Virus record (IMG/VR): IMGVR_UViG_3300028624_000003 | Span: 96,001 to 160,000 of that record | Length of the DNA stretch: 64,000 nt | DNA from: a virus | Lineage: Duplodnaviria; Caudoviricetes | Direction: 5' to 3' (one strand) | Shown: one piece after another, positions 28,484 to 37,234 of the stretch | Position numbering within the stretch: the first letter of the stretch is position 1 | How the letters are laid out: each line of letters starts with the position of its first letter | Notes under the pieces: generated by a model | The model's database searches: none | Seen by the model: only the letters and a program-made list of their open reading frames with translations | What the model was told of the DNA's origin: nothing | Made by a program: the position numbers and the translations under genes

Positions 28484-29083
28484 ATGTCTGACGATTTCAA
28501 TCCCGGTGGTATGCGGAAGCTGAAGAGTGCCAGTGGTCAGACTCAACTTGACTTCGGTGCATTCAACGGTAAGGGTACCATTACCATCTTCAGTGGTCAG
28601 GGTATCCGTCCGAAGAATCTCACGATTCCTCCCGAAGGACGTCTCATGCTGGTGGACATGTTCACCGCAGCACAGAAAGGTGCACCTGGTGCACGCAGCT
28701 CTCTCACTCTCAGCGAGTGGGATCGAAACATGCAGCCCCGCCCTGGCTACAAGCGTGTGGCCAACATCGTCGTTGGTCTCGATGATACCGGTATCGGCTA
28801 CATCGAAGTCACATTCGAAGGAAGTGCTCCTGAAACATACCCGATCAAGGGTACACGTGCTGTCGAAAGTTCGCTCCACGAAAACACCCCGGTCGAACTC
28901 AGCAAGCGTGCACTTCGTGAACTTACGAAGTGGCTGTCTCTTAGCTGGGAGATGATCATCATCAAGACGAACAAGAAGAATACTCGTCCTGGTGGAGCAC
29001 GTCCTCAAGCTGCCGCATCGCAAGCTGCGCCTGCTCAGCCCTCGATGCCCAGTCCTGCGAATATCGACGAAGAGATCTACTAG
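28484..29083 (+). CDS. Probable ChmC-like RNA/ssDNA-binding protein (phiKZ gp67 position)
   Basis: Synteny (immediately before the gp68-like gene); compact domain plus disordered A/P/Q-rich tail ending DEEIY; high-expression codon bias. Confidence 0.5.
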   Translation: MSDDFNPGGMRKLKSASGQTQLDFGAFNGKGTITIFSGQGIRPKNLTIPPEGRLMLVDMFTAAQKGAPGARSSLTLSEWDRNMQPRPGYKRVANIVVGLDDTGIGYIEVTFEGSAPETYPIKGTRAVESSLHENTPVELSKRALRELTKWLSLSWEMIIIKTNKKNTRPGGARPQAAASQAAPAQPSMPSPANIDEEIY

Positions 29084-29137
29084 CTCACCGATTCGAGAGA
29101 GACTCCTTCACGGAGTCTCTCTCATCGTTAGTTAAGA

Positions 29138-29155
29138 TATATATTACTAAAGTGA
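29138..29155 (+). promoter_or_regulatory. Putative early promoter
   Basis: TATATATTAC-TAAAG-TGA after hairpin 29095-29123. Confidence 0.7.
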
Positions 29156-29234
29156 ATCCGTGTAATTTCAGAAAAGGTAACCTTATCATCTAAGGTAAAC
29201 TCCGTCTCATTGAGGGACGTGGTAGATGTGAGGA

Positions 29235-30827
29235 GTGGACATGCTGTACTTCAAGCCGGTTGAGGAATTTAGCTCACAGAACCCTTTCATCGAAATGGTG
29301 TATTCGGGATTTGAAATACCCGGGGCCAGTTCGATCCCACATCTCTTCAGATTCAACGTCAAGACATTCTCGTCGTTCTTTACACGTCAGAATGATCGTG
29401 GTCTTACCGGGGAACTAGGTACTCCCCCATCTGTCGCGTACGATCCAGTGAATCAGTTTCTTACGTTGTTCACAGATGAAGAACAGAAAGAAATCGCCAT
29501 GGCGTTTCTGTCTGCTCATGCAATCATCGTGAGCGGAGAAGATGATGCGTCTGATATCGAACAGGTAGAAGACAAAATCGGTGATCTTCTCGATGCGCTC
29601 GACCTTAAGCTGAACATATGCAAACGCACTGAAGAATACGTAGCTAAGTACATCCGGGTAGCTGGAATGGAAGAGGCAGGTACTCAACCTCAGCACACAC
29701 CTGAGATGACGTTCTACCATGATGAAGCAGTAGTCGTGACAGCGATAGCTGTATTCATGAAACTCATTTCTCCGATTACTGGCGCATTTATCCATAAGTA
29801 CTCCAAGGTCATTGCTAATGAGTACAAGGAATCTCACGCCAGAGCCATTCTGGTCAAGCTGCACAGCAGAACGTACAAACCTCTGCTGCTCAAGCTGAAC
29901 AACTACATGACCAAACTGGTCAGCAGCCATCACAAAGATGACCCTACTGCCATGTACAATGGCAATACCCTGACCAGCGCAGCACGTCATGCTGTCGATA
30001 CTGCAGTAGTCAAAAGACTTGTGTGTGTCTCTCTTCACAAAGAAGACGGGAACATCATTAAGTATCTGGCATGTTGCGGAACAGGTACGGCAGATTCTCA
30101 GCAAAAGAACATGGCCGCAAATTCGGCAGCAAAGATCATCGCAGACCCTGTCGACAACGACCGTGACGAAGGTAATACTTCGCGTATGGAATCCGAGTCG
30201 AGGTACACTGCAAAGACTGCGGATACTCCGATAATCATCGCAGTGTATGCTGACAGAACTTGGCGAAAATGCGCAGAGCAAGAAGGAATAGACCCCGAAG
30301 AGCTTGAGCTGGCTCGTGCGTACTATAGCGCAAATCCTGTTATGGTACACGACATCACTTTGTACTTGCTTTGCATGTATTACGGTGAACACATCGGTGG
30401 AGGAAGTGGTATTCGGATGCTCAAGTCGAGTATCATCAATGACATGGTCGCGACACTACAGCTCATTCTGGTGAAGGAAAATCGGCACGTACTGGCACAT
30501 GCGATCACTGCAAATCTCACTGAGCATCCTCGCACCATTCAGCCCAATGACTCGCTGTTCCACAACATGTGGACAAGCTGTGCAGAATACGCAGCATGTA
30601 AGCGAGTCCTTCCTCCTGGATTTGGTGATCGTGAGTGGAACTCGATGCTACGGAAGATTGCCAACATGCTAATGACCAGAACTATGCTTTACAACACCGC
30701 TCCTGTGGTGTGGGACAAAACGGATCCATTGGGAAAGAATGGCGTACCGCTCACTGAATTTGCTAGCATCATGCAGCACATCATGCAGTATGTCAAATCC
30801 ACCTACGAGAGAGGAAAAATCGAATGA
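29235..30827 (+). CDS. Probable nvRNAP promoter-specificity subunit (phiKZ gp68-like)
   Basis: 530 aa, helical; synteny sbcD-gp66-gp67-gp68-gp69-gp70. Confidence 0.6.
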   Translation: MDMLYFKPVEEFSSQNPFIEMVYSGFEIPGASSIPHLFRFNVKTFSSFFTRQNDRGLTGELGTPPSVAYDPVNQFLTLFTDEEQKEIAMAFLSAHAIIVSGEDDASDIEQVEDKIGDLLDALDLKLNICKRTEEYVAKYIRVAGMEEAGTQPQHTPEMTFYHDEAVVVTAIAVFMKLISPITGAFIHKYSKVIANEYKESHARAILVKLHSRTYKPLLLKLNNYMTKLVSSHHKDDPTAMYNGNTLTSAARHAVDTAVVKRLVCVSLHKEDGNIIKYLACCGTGTADSQQKNMAANSAAKIIADPVDNDRDEGNTSRMESESRYTAKTADTPIIIAVYADRTWRKCAEQEGIDPEELELARAYYSANPVMVHDITLYLLCMYYGEHIGGGSGIRMLKSSIINDMVATLQLILVKENRHVLAHAITANLTEHPRTIQPNDSLFHNMWTSCAEYAACKRVLPPGFGDREWNSMLRKIANMLMTRTMLYNTAPVVWDKTDPLGKNGVPLTEFASIMQHIMQYVKSTYERGKIE

Positions 30828-32029
30828 TACTAGTGAAGAAAACGCCAGTATTTTTCGAAGGTGAGCTTGTCATCGATACGTACGCACATCGGTGGCATCA
30901 GTTCTCGCATAGCAACGAAGTCGACATGATCATAGGGACTCAGTTCGCTACGTCACGAGATCTCGAAAAGATTTCTCTATTGTACCGCACTCGCGAAGAT
31001 TTTATTCGCCATCTCCTTATATCGGATACACACGAAACAGGTCCGAATAAGAAGATGTTCCCTATTCTGACGATAGTCAATCCATTGAAGAATTTCACAT
31101 CCAGATGTGCAGCGTTCCTCAATGTAAACGGGATCAATGCTGCGCACCGTGAATTTTCCAGTACGTGGGGTGGCGGTCGACTAGTTCCTCAGATAGAGTT
31201 CATGTATAGTGCGATTGCAAATGCGCTCATGGACACTTACCCTCTTTTGGTAATCGAACCATATCCTTCGGGAATGCCGATACTGGAAGATAGAGCTGCG
31301 TGTTCTACGATCCATCCTGGAACGGAAGTAGAAATCCGTGACTACATCATTGGGGGAATGCTCCGCAACGATGTGTTCTCGCAAGATGCAGACATGGAAG
31401 GATTGATGGATGTCGCAGTCACGGTACCTAAAGAGTACGACCATGACGTACTGTTTCAGCTCTGTTCTGCAATAGACACCATTACCGCCGGAGAATTCGA
31501 CAAGAAGTTTCAGGGTGAACTCATCGTTAACACGGTGAAACATCCGTTAGAAGAACTGATGGAACAACGAAAGCAACAGTCTTCGTTTACCTCCAGTAAC
31601 ATATCGGAATACCCGGGGATGATCGAGATTTATGATTACATCATCCATTCTGGGTTGACTGAAGTACTGCTCTCTTTTTCTTTCAGAAATTTCGAATGGA
31701 GCGAGAATAAAGAGAAACGTATCTTAGCTAATTCACGCGTCGATACTGAGCTAACCGAAACGGAGCTGGAAATGCATTTGGGTAATCTCGGTCAGCTCAT
31801 TACTGATAACGAGGTGCTCGAAGGTACACTGGAAGATATCATATTCGAGGTGTACTCGGACGAAGTGGACGCAGGAGCTGCGGCACTGGAAATCGCTGGA
31901 GCTGAGCTACTCGTTGCAAATGACGAGATGATTCTTTCTGTGCATACAGACATCGCACCGTACTCGATTCACGTCGACTTCGCGATGGTTGCATTGACTT
32001 CCCAGACTCTAATGGAAAGCAAACAATAA
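30824..32029 (+). CDS. Probable PicA/Imp1 nuclear import factor (phiKZ gp69 position)
   Basis: Synteny and size only (401 aa, acidic). Confidence 0.45.
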   Translation: MILVKKTPVFFEGELVIDTYAHRWHQFSHSNEVDMIIGTQFATSRDLEKISLLYRTREDFIRHLLISDTHETGPNKKMFPILTIVNPLKNFTSRCAAFLNVNGINAAHREFSSTWGGGRLVPQIEFMYSAIANALMDTYPLLVIEPYPSGMPILEDRAACSTIHPGTEVEIRDYIIGGMLRNDVFSQDADMEGLMDVAVTVPKEYDHDVLFQLCSAIDTITAGEFDKKFQGELIVNTVKHPLEELMEQRKQQSSFTSSNISEYPGMIEIYDYIIHSGLTEVLLSFSFRNFEWSENKEKRILANSRVDTELTETELEMHLGNLGQLITDNEVLEGTLEDIIFEVYSDEVDAGAAALEIAGAELLVANDEMILSVHTDIAPYSIHVDFAMVALTSQTLMESKQ

Positions 32030-32061
32030 TTACAATTGTGACCAAATAGGAGGACTTTGGC

Positions 32062-33594
32062 ATGTTTGGAAACCGAGACCTTGGTATGAGTCGTACTGTA
32101 GGAGGTATGACTTATCGTACTGCAGATCAGAATGCGGTACTGTACCTTTTCCCGAGCCAGCAGTATCATGACGTAAACGTGCGTCCTTCTCTGTTCGAAT
32201 TTTCCGGTCAGTTTGTAGAAGATATACAGACTCGACTGGAAGATGACTTATATCAGCGTGAACGCAGCATCAGCGGATACGTTGAGCCGAATTCTGTTCG
32301 AACGATCCCCGGGCTGTCGTCGACTATCCGTCCGTCAGCCACCGCGAATTTGATCAGGACCCGGCACTTTGAAGATCTGTGGACTTTCCTTCTGGTAATC
32401 GACAATCCGCAAATACGTGGATCTCGAGTACATGGCAGTTCCGCAAATGCACGTCTGGTATATGTAGGTTACGTTCTGTCTGATAGCCCCGTGGTTAATA
32501 ACTACGGTCGTCAGGTGATAGACGAAAATGCAGTACTGATGCCCATGCATGAGCTCACTGGTACGATCAGATCATTTGCGGGTCCTGGGGGATCAAGAAA
32601 CTCAATCATGATCGCCAAAGACACGGACCTCATCGTACCTGATGTACTTCTGCGTACGGTTGACGATAGTCCGTATCTTCTCGATCCCGCATCACTCATC
32701 AGCGGGTACGGATCAGATGGTGACGGTGTTTCAGTGGAGACGGATTTCTACAGCCGTATCGAAGGAAGAGATCTGATCAAAACTGACCGTGAACTCAGAC
32801 TTCCGACCAGGCAACTGGATGGACTCTACCGAGGTCTGAGACATCTTCATAACGTCAACAGCGGCGGAAGTAGCGCAAACGACATGCGCGATAGATTCCG
32901 GATGAGCACCGGCGATACTGATCGTGCGCTGGTAAGAAGTGCAATGGAACGAAAGTCTGCTGATCTGGCAATAGGTCTCGAACTCAATCGCCAGATCACG
33001 CTCGGATCTTTGTTTGAATCGTATCCTTCACTGAGGAGAAATACCGAGGTCATGCAGATTCCTTCAGGGATCAACGTCGATCTTCAAGACCTCACGAACC
33101 CCACGATGACCAACATCTGGACGAACTTCGTGGAGTTCAACATTCCTCCGATTCTCACCAGCTACGGATTCTGCGATGCAGTATTTCGCTACTGCTCGTG
33201 CAATCCCCTGGCAACGAGTCATCTCGATGATAAACCAATTCTCGAGATCAGTGATCTGGGTACGTACATCGAAGAAACCAGCGACAGTATTCGTGCGAAG
33301 TGGGATACTTGCTACGATGCACTTGAGCGTGACATATTCTCAATCGTTCGTGAAGTCTGCGGCGAATTCGATTTGACCGTCAGACACTCGGCAAATAACT
33401 ACAGCTACTTCCAGCTACAACTGCTCGATGAGCCGACTCCTCGTGACGGCTATGCAGTTCATCATGGTGCCATGTCACCGCTGCTGACTCCTCTGATCGG
33501 CAACAGCAGACACCGTGAACACAATGGAAGGCAACTGGACACACTGATTCAATGCGTCTCCGTGATCGGTGACGACAACATATGGCGACGCTAG
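32062..33594 (+). CDS. Conserved protein (phiKZ gp70-like)
   Basis: 510 aa; AGGAGG RBS; synteny. Confidence 0.5.
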   Translation: MFGNRDLGMSRTVGGMTYRTADQNAVLYLFPSQQYHDVNVRPSLFEFSGQFVEDIQTRLEDDLYQRERSISGYVEPNSVRTIPGLSSTIRPSATANLIRTRHFEDLWTFLLVIDNPQIRGSRVHGSSANARLVYVGYVLSDSPVVNNYGRQVIDENAVLMPMHELTGTIRSFAGPGGSRNSIMIAKDTDLIVPDVLLRTVDDSPYLLDPASLISGYGSDGDGVSVETDFYSRIEGRDLIKTDRELRLPTRQLDGLYRGLRHLHNVNSGGSSANDMRDRFRMSTGDTDRALVRSAMERKSADLAIGLELNRQITLGSLFESYPSLRRNTEVMQIPSGINVDLQDLTNPTMTNIWTNFVEFNIPPILTSYGFCDAVFRYCSCNPLATSHLDDKPILEISDLGTYIEETSDSIRAKWDTCYDALERDIFSIVREVCGEFDLTVRHSANNYSYFQLQLLDEPTPRDGYAVHHGAMSPLLTPLIGNSRHREHNGRQLDTLIQCVSVIGDDNIWRR

Positions 33595-33604
33595 AGGAGT
33601 AAAC

Positions 33605-34939
33605 ATGCCTGAGTACACACAGAAAGACGTGCAGGCGATGATCACTGGGATGATCGAGTTCGGTGACCATCTGACTGTGGACGTGGATGGACAGGTTCAT
33701 TGGGTCTCATCCCCCAAGGAACCTATCAGTGTACCTGTATCGGATGGTGCCACGGGCATCATCTATACGTACACAACCAATCCGGGACATCCGGATGCAA
33801 TCATCATCAACCCGTTCGCCGAGGGTATCACTGCATCCGTGGACCGTAACTGGTTCTATCGGGTACAAAACGTGATACTCTCGCAGACGTTCGGGGAGAC
33901 CATGAAGTTCATCGTGGCTATGGCTGCGAACAAAGAACAGGTCTGCCCGTATCCGGAAATCCTTCCGTACACCAAAGCAATCGCGGACGGTGTGGACGAC
34001 AAGTCGGTGGGAGAAATCCAGTACATCCTCGAGAAGTGCAATGATGGGTTCTGCTCCATCTTCTACAACTCGACCAGCAAAGAATCGAAACTCATCCTCG
34101 GTATCGAAGATGAATCCAGGACGTACCAAAAGAGCGTACCGACGAGCAAAGTTCGCAAGAAGACTTGGACGATGCTGCAGAATCTCGTACGGGCAATCTT
34201 CGGTACCGAAGGACCTGTACCGGATACCTACAAGTCGGCTACGGCCGAACTGGTTTGCCCGCATTTCCGTACGTTCTGCGACGTGTGGTATCGTACATGG
34301 AAAGCGTTGGCACCCGCTGCAGATGTCATGTACCTTCACATAGCCGAAAACAGAGAACTCGATCTGGTGGGTGATCTGAAGAGACTGGAACCGCATTTCT
34401 CGAGGATCGATATCTACCACAAAATGTGCCAGTGGTCTTCTTCGGTCAGTCTCGGGAAGTCGGTGAAAGATGCGGTGGCCAAGCCTGTGGCTGTTCGTCA
34501 CACCGCACCCCCTCCACGTGATGCGCTTGAACGTGACGATCCACGAGAAACCGATCGTCTCGACGATCGTGATCGCGGACGTGATCGCTACGACGATCGA
34601 CGTGGGCGCGGATACGATGACCGAGATCGCGACTGGGATCGCGGCAATTATCGCAGAGACGTTTGGAGCAGTCGTGGCTCCTCTCCGCGTAACCGTGATG
34701 ACGAACCGTACCTCACGGAAGAAGAACGGCGGAGACTTGACTACGAAGATCGTCAAAGCCGATACGACTATGCTGACCGGTATGACAGAAATCGCAACGA
34801 CTACCGTGGTGGTCGCAGCGGGTATATTCGCGGCGATCGCGGCAGTGTCATGTCGGGAAGTGCCGATCCTTGGGATCAAGGTTACGGCGCAGCACGTGGC
34901 GGCCGACGTTCTGCTGGCTATCGTGGCGGGTACCGGTAA
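33605..34939 (+). CDS. Protein with an R/D/G/Y-rich low-complexity C-terminal tail
   Basis: ATG 33605 after GAGGAG; tail DRDRGRDRYDDRRGRGYDDRDRD...RGGRSG...YRGGYR. Confidence 0.75.
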   Translation: MPEYTQKDVQAMITGMIEFGDHLTVDVDGQVHWVSSPKEPISVPVSDGATGIIYTYTTNPGHPDAIIINPFAEGITASVDRNWFYRVQNVILSQTFGETMKFIVAMAANKEQVCPYPEILPYTKAIADGVDDKSVGEIQYILEKCNDGFCSIFYNSTSKESKLILGIEDESRTYQKSVPTSKVRKKTWTMLQNLVRAIFGTEGPVPDTYKSATAELVCPHFRTFCDVWYRTWKALAPAADVMYLHIAENRELDLVGDLKRLEPHFSRIDIYHKMCQWSSSVSLGKSVKDAVAKPVAVRHTAPPPRDALERDDPRETDRLDDRDRGRDRYDDRRGRGYDDRDRDWDRGNYRRDVWSSRGSSPRNRDDEPYLTEEERRRLDYEDRQSRYDYADRYDRNRNDYRGGRSGYIRGDRGSVMSGSADPWDQGYGAARGGRRSAGYRGGYR

Positions 34940-34951
34940 GGTACATATGGC

Positions 34952-34977
34952 GGGAGAGTCTCCGATGAGACTCTCCC
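34952..34977 (+). terminator. Intrinsic terminator
   Basis: GGGAGAGTCTC-CGAT-GAGACTCTCCC followed by a T-rich tract. Confidence 0.75.
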
Positions 34978-35026
34978 TGCCTTTTCTTTTTGTTTAGGGT
35001 AAACATCCTGTGAAAGGAGAAACAAC

Positions 35027-36157
35027 ATGCCAGGATATAACTCACCGGATGGTAACCAGTTCTCGGAATTTGTAGGTATTGTTGTAGCGGACAAACCTAC
35101 TGATTCCAGAATCATCAAAGTCTATCTCAAAGAACTTATACCTTTTGTGACGGGAAATGTCGCTGCAGTAGAAAAGAAGAAACAAGTAGGATCTGATCTT
35201 ACTGGTACCGTAGCGGTAGTGACCACGTCCAATTACGTAGAAGCTAAATACATTGGATCTCCTAACCGGAGGTACCCTCCAGACGTACGAAAAAATGAAC
35301 AAGTTAGAGTCTGGAAATACGCAGACGCTGATGAGTATTACTGGGATTCTCTCGGACGTGACGATAATCTGCGTGGACCTGAAAGATTGAATTTTTCTGT
35401 AAGTGGTGCAGCAGGACCAGTAGAAGCACTCACAGATGAGAATACATATTTCCTTGAACTGGATACTTTGCATAAGCGAAGAATTCTACTCAGGACCAGC
35501 AAAGCAAATGGCGAAAAGTATGCATATCTGATCATGCTCAATGCAGACAACAGCAAATTGGTAGTCTGTGACGACGCAGATAACGAGATACTGATTGAGT
35601 CTGAACTACCTCGCGTACGTCTTCGCAATCGTGACGGTAGTCTCATAGATCTCGCAGCTAAAAATATTCTATCTTCTGCACCAGAAGACTACTTGGTCTC
35701 TGCAGGACGACAAGTAGTGTACCAAACGCCACTGGTTAGCATGGCCAACAAAGGTGGCGATGGCGCAATGGTGTGGGATGCTAAGAACATGGCGATGAAC
35801 CTCTCTGATACTTTCACGGTAAATTCGCCGTGTATCGGCTTGAATGGTGCAGCACATACTGACACACTAGTAGCCACACATGTACAATCCAGTGGGTATT
35901 CCACAGGAAATCCTGGGAGTCCTTACGAATCCACAGAAATCGATGTGGAGCAAGGTACTGGTACAGTCCCAGGGAATAGTCCTAACCGCGGTGGAGGTGG
36001 TGCAGATAACAGACACTGTGCCGCCTGGGAGCAAGTGAGTGAAGCTCTATTTCTGATCGCGGAGTGCTTGGAGAACTCGCAAGAAGGATGTCCCAATGCT
36101 GTAGCGATTCGCTCATTGGCAACTGCATCCAAAATGATGAAGAACCGAGGTGAATAG
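35027..36157 (+). CDS. Baseplate central spike / tail tip protein (phiKZ gp164-like)
   Basis: OB-fold-like VGIVVADK...NRRYPPDVRKNEQVRVWKYADADEYYW followed by beta-helix-like strands. Confidence 0.65.
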   Translation: MPGYNSPDGNQFSEFVGIVVADKPTDSRIIKVYLKELIPFVTGNVAAVEKKKQVGSDLTGTVAVVTTSNYVEAKYIGSPNRRYPPDVRKNEQVRVWKYADADEYYWDSLGRDDNLRGPERLNFSVSGAAGPVEALTDENTYFLELDTLHKRRILLRTSKANGEKYAYLIMLNADNSKLVVCDDADNEILIESELPRVRLRNRDGSLIDLAAKNILSSAPEDYLVSAGRQVVYQTPLVSMANKGGDGAMVWDAKNMAMNLSDTFTVNSPCIGLNGAAHTDTLVATHVQSSGYSTGNPGSPYESTEIDVEQGTGTVPGNSPNRGGGGADNRHCAAWEQVSEALFLIAECLENSQEGCPNAVAIRSLATASKMMKNRGE

Positions 36158-36158
36158 C

Positions 36159-36752
36159 ATGTCTGAATTGAATATCGATGGAGTATCCCGAATATTTGAA
36201 ATAGTTACCAAAAATGAACCATCTGATTCATTTTTCGGGAATCTGTTTTCAGAAAAACAGTCAGTCAAGTATAGTGCACCACTGAACTACCCTCAGTACA
36301 CTCACGCCTATTACTTGGAAGAACTCCTACTCGTGAAAGAACAACTGACTTCGTTCGCTGGAAAAGAAATGAAGATTGCTGAGGCGATTGATTCTCCGAT
36401 GTTTTTTAGCGAAGTAGAAAAGATGCTTGTGTCCGAATTACTCAAAGGAGACAACATCGAACTGACACACAGACTACTTCGAAACATCGAGATCTTTGGC
36501 ATCTCCAATCGATTTGAAGCGTTACTCGGTCGTCTGACCGTCACCATAGATCCGCAGATGCTTAAAATCGTTCGTGGTCGGATATACTACACAGTGTGCG
36601 AATTGTCTACGCTGTACAAAGTTGTACCTGTCACTAACTTCAAAAAGAAAGAAGTGCGGTACCAGGTAGAATGTCCGATACTGTTGGAACTTATCGAGAT
36701 GTATCCGTATCTTTGGCTTTTTTACATGCTGGTGATTCTACTGGACGAATAA
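36159..36752 (+). CDS. Hypothetical protein
   Basis: ORF adjacent to the spike gene; hairpin 36758-36787 follows. Confidence 0.6.
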   Translation: MSELNIDGVSRIFEIVTKNEPSDSFFGNLFSEKQSVKYSAPLNYPQYTHAYYLEELLLVKEQLTSFAGKEMKIAEAIDSPMFFSEVEKMLVSELLKGDNIELTHRLLRNIEIFGISNRFEALLGRLTVTIDPQMLKIVRGRIYYTVCELSTLYKVVPVTNFKKKEVRYQVECPILLELIEMYPYLWLFYMLVILLDE

Positions 36753-36798
36753 GGATAGACTGGAGACACCCTGCGGTGTCTCCAGTCATACGCTTGAG

Positions 36799-37146
36799 CT
36801 AAAGCGAGTTCTGCGCAAGGACCTGTCGGTATGTCTTGAACTGTTCCCGAAGAAACGAGATAGTTTTTACTTCTGGAAAGATCATTTTCGACGCAGGTAT
36901 GAAATCCTCGTCACCAAAAATTCCATTCAACCAGAGGAATATCCAAGATAGACTTCTGGGGTACCGCATGCGCTCGAGGAGGTCTTCTGATCTATTTTCA
37001 TACATCACGATGATATCATCTGTAAGTTCAAGAATTGAGGCTTCGGACAATATGGCAGCGCGATGATCTTCCAGGAATAATGCCCACTCAGGATCAGTAT
37101 CTTCAAATTCTGGGAAATCCCGGTTGATTAGGTCGATAACGGTCAT
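36799..37146 (-). CDS. Small conserved protein (possible baseplate component)
   Basis: ATG 37146 after AGGGG; WIFLWLNGI motif. Confidence 0.55.
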   Translation of the reverse strand: MTVIDLINRDFPEFEDTDPEWALFLEDHRAAILSEASILELTDDIIVMYENRSEDLLERMRYPRSLSWIFLWLNGIFGDEDFIPASKMIFPEVKTISFLREQFKTYRQVLAQNSL

Positions 37147-37234
37147 GTTAGTCCCCTTTACGCCCAGCAAATGTGTGGGCATATATTACTAATTTGCAGA
37201 CCCATAGTATCAACTTCTACGATAGGAGAAGAAG

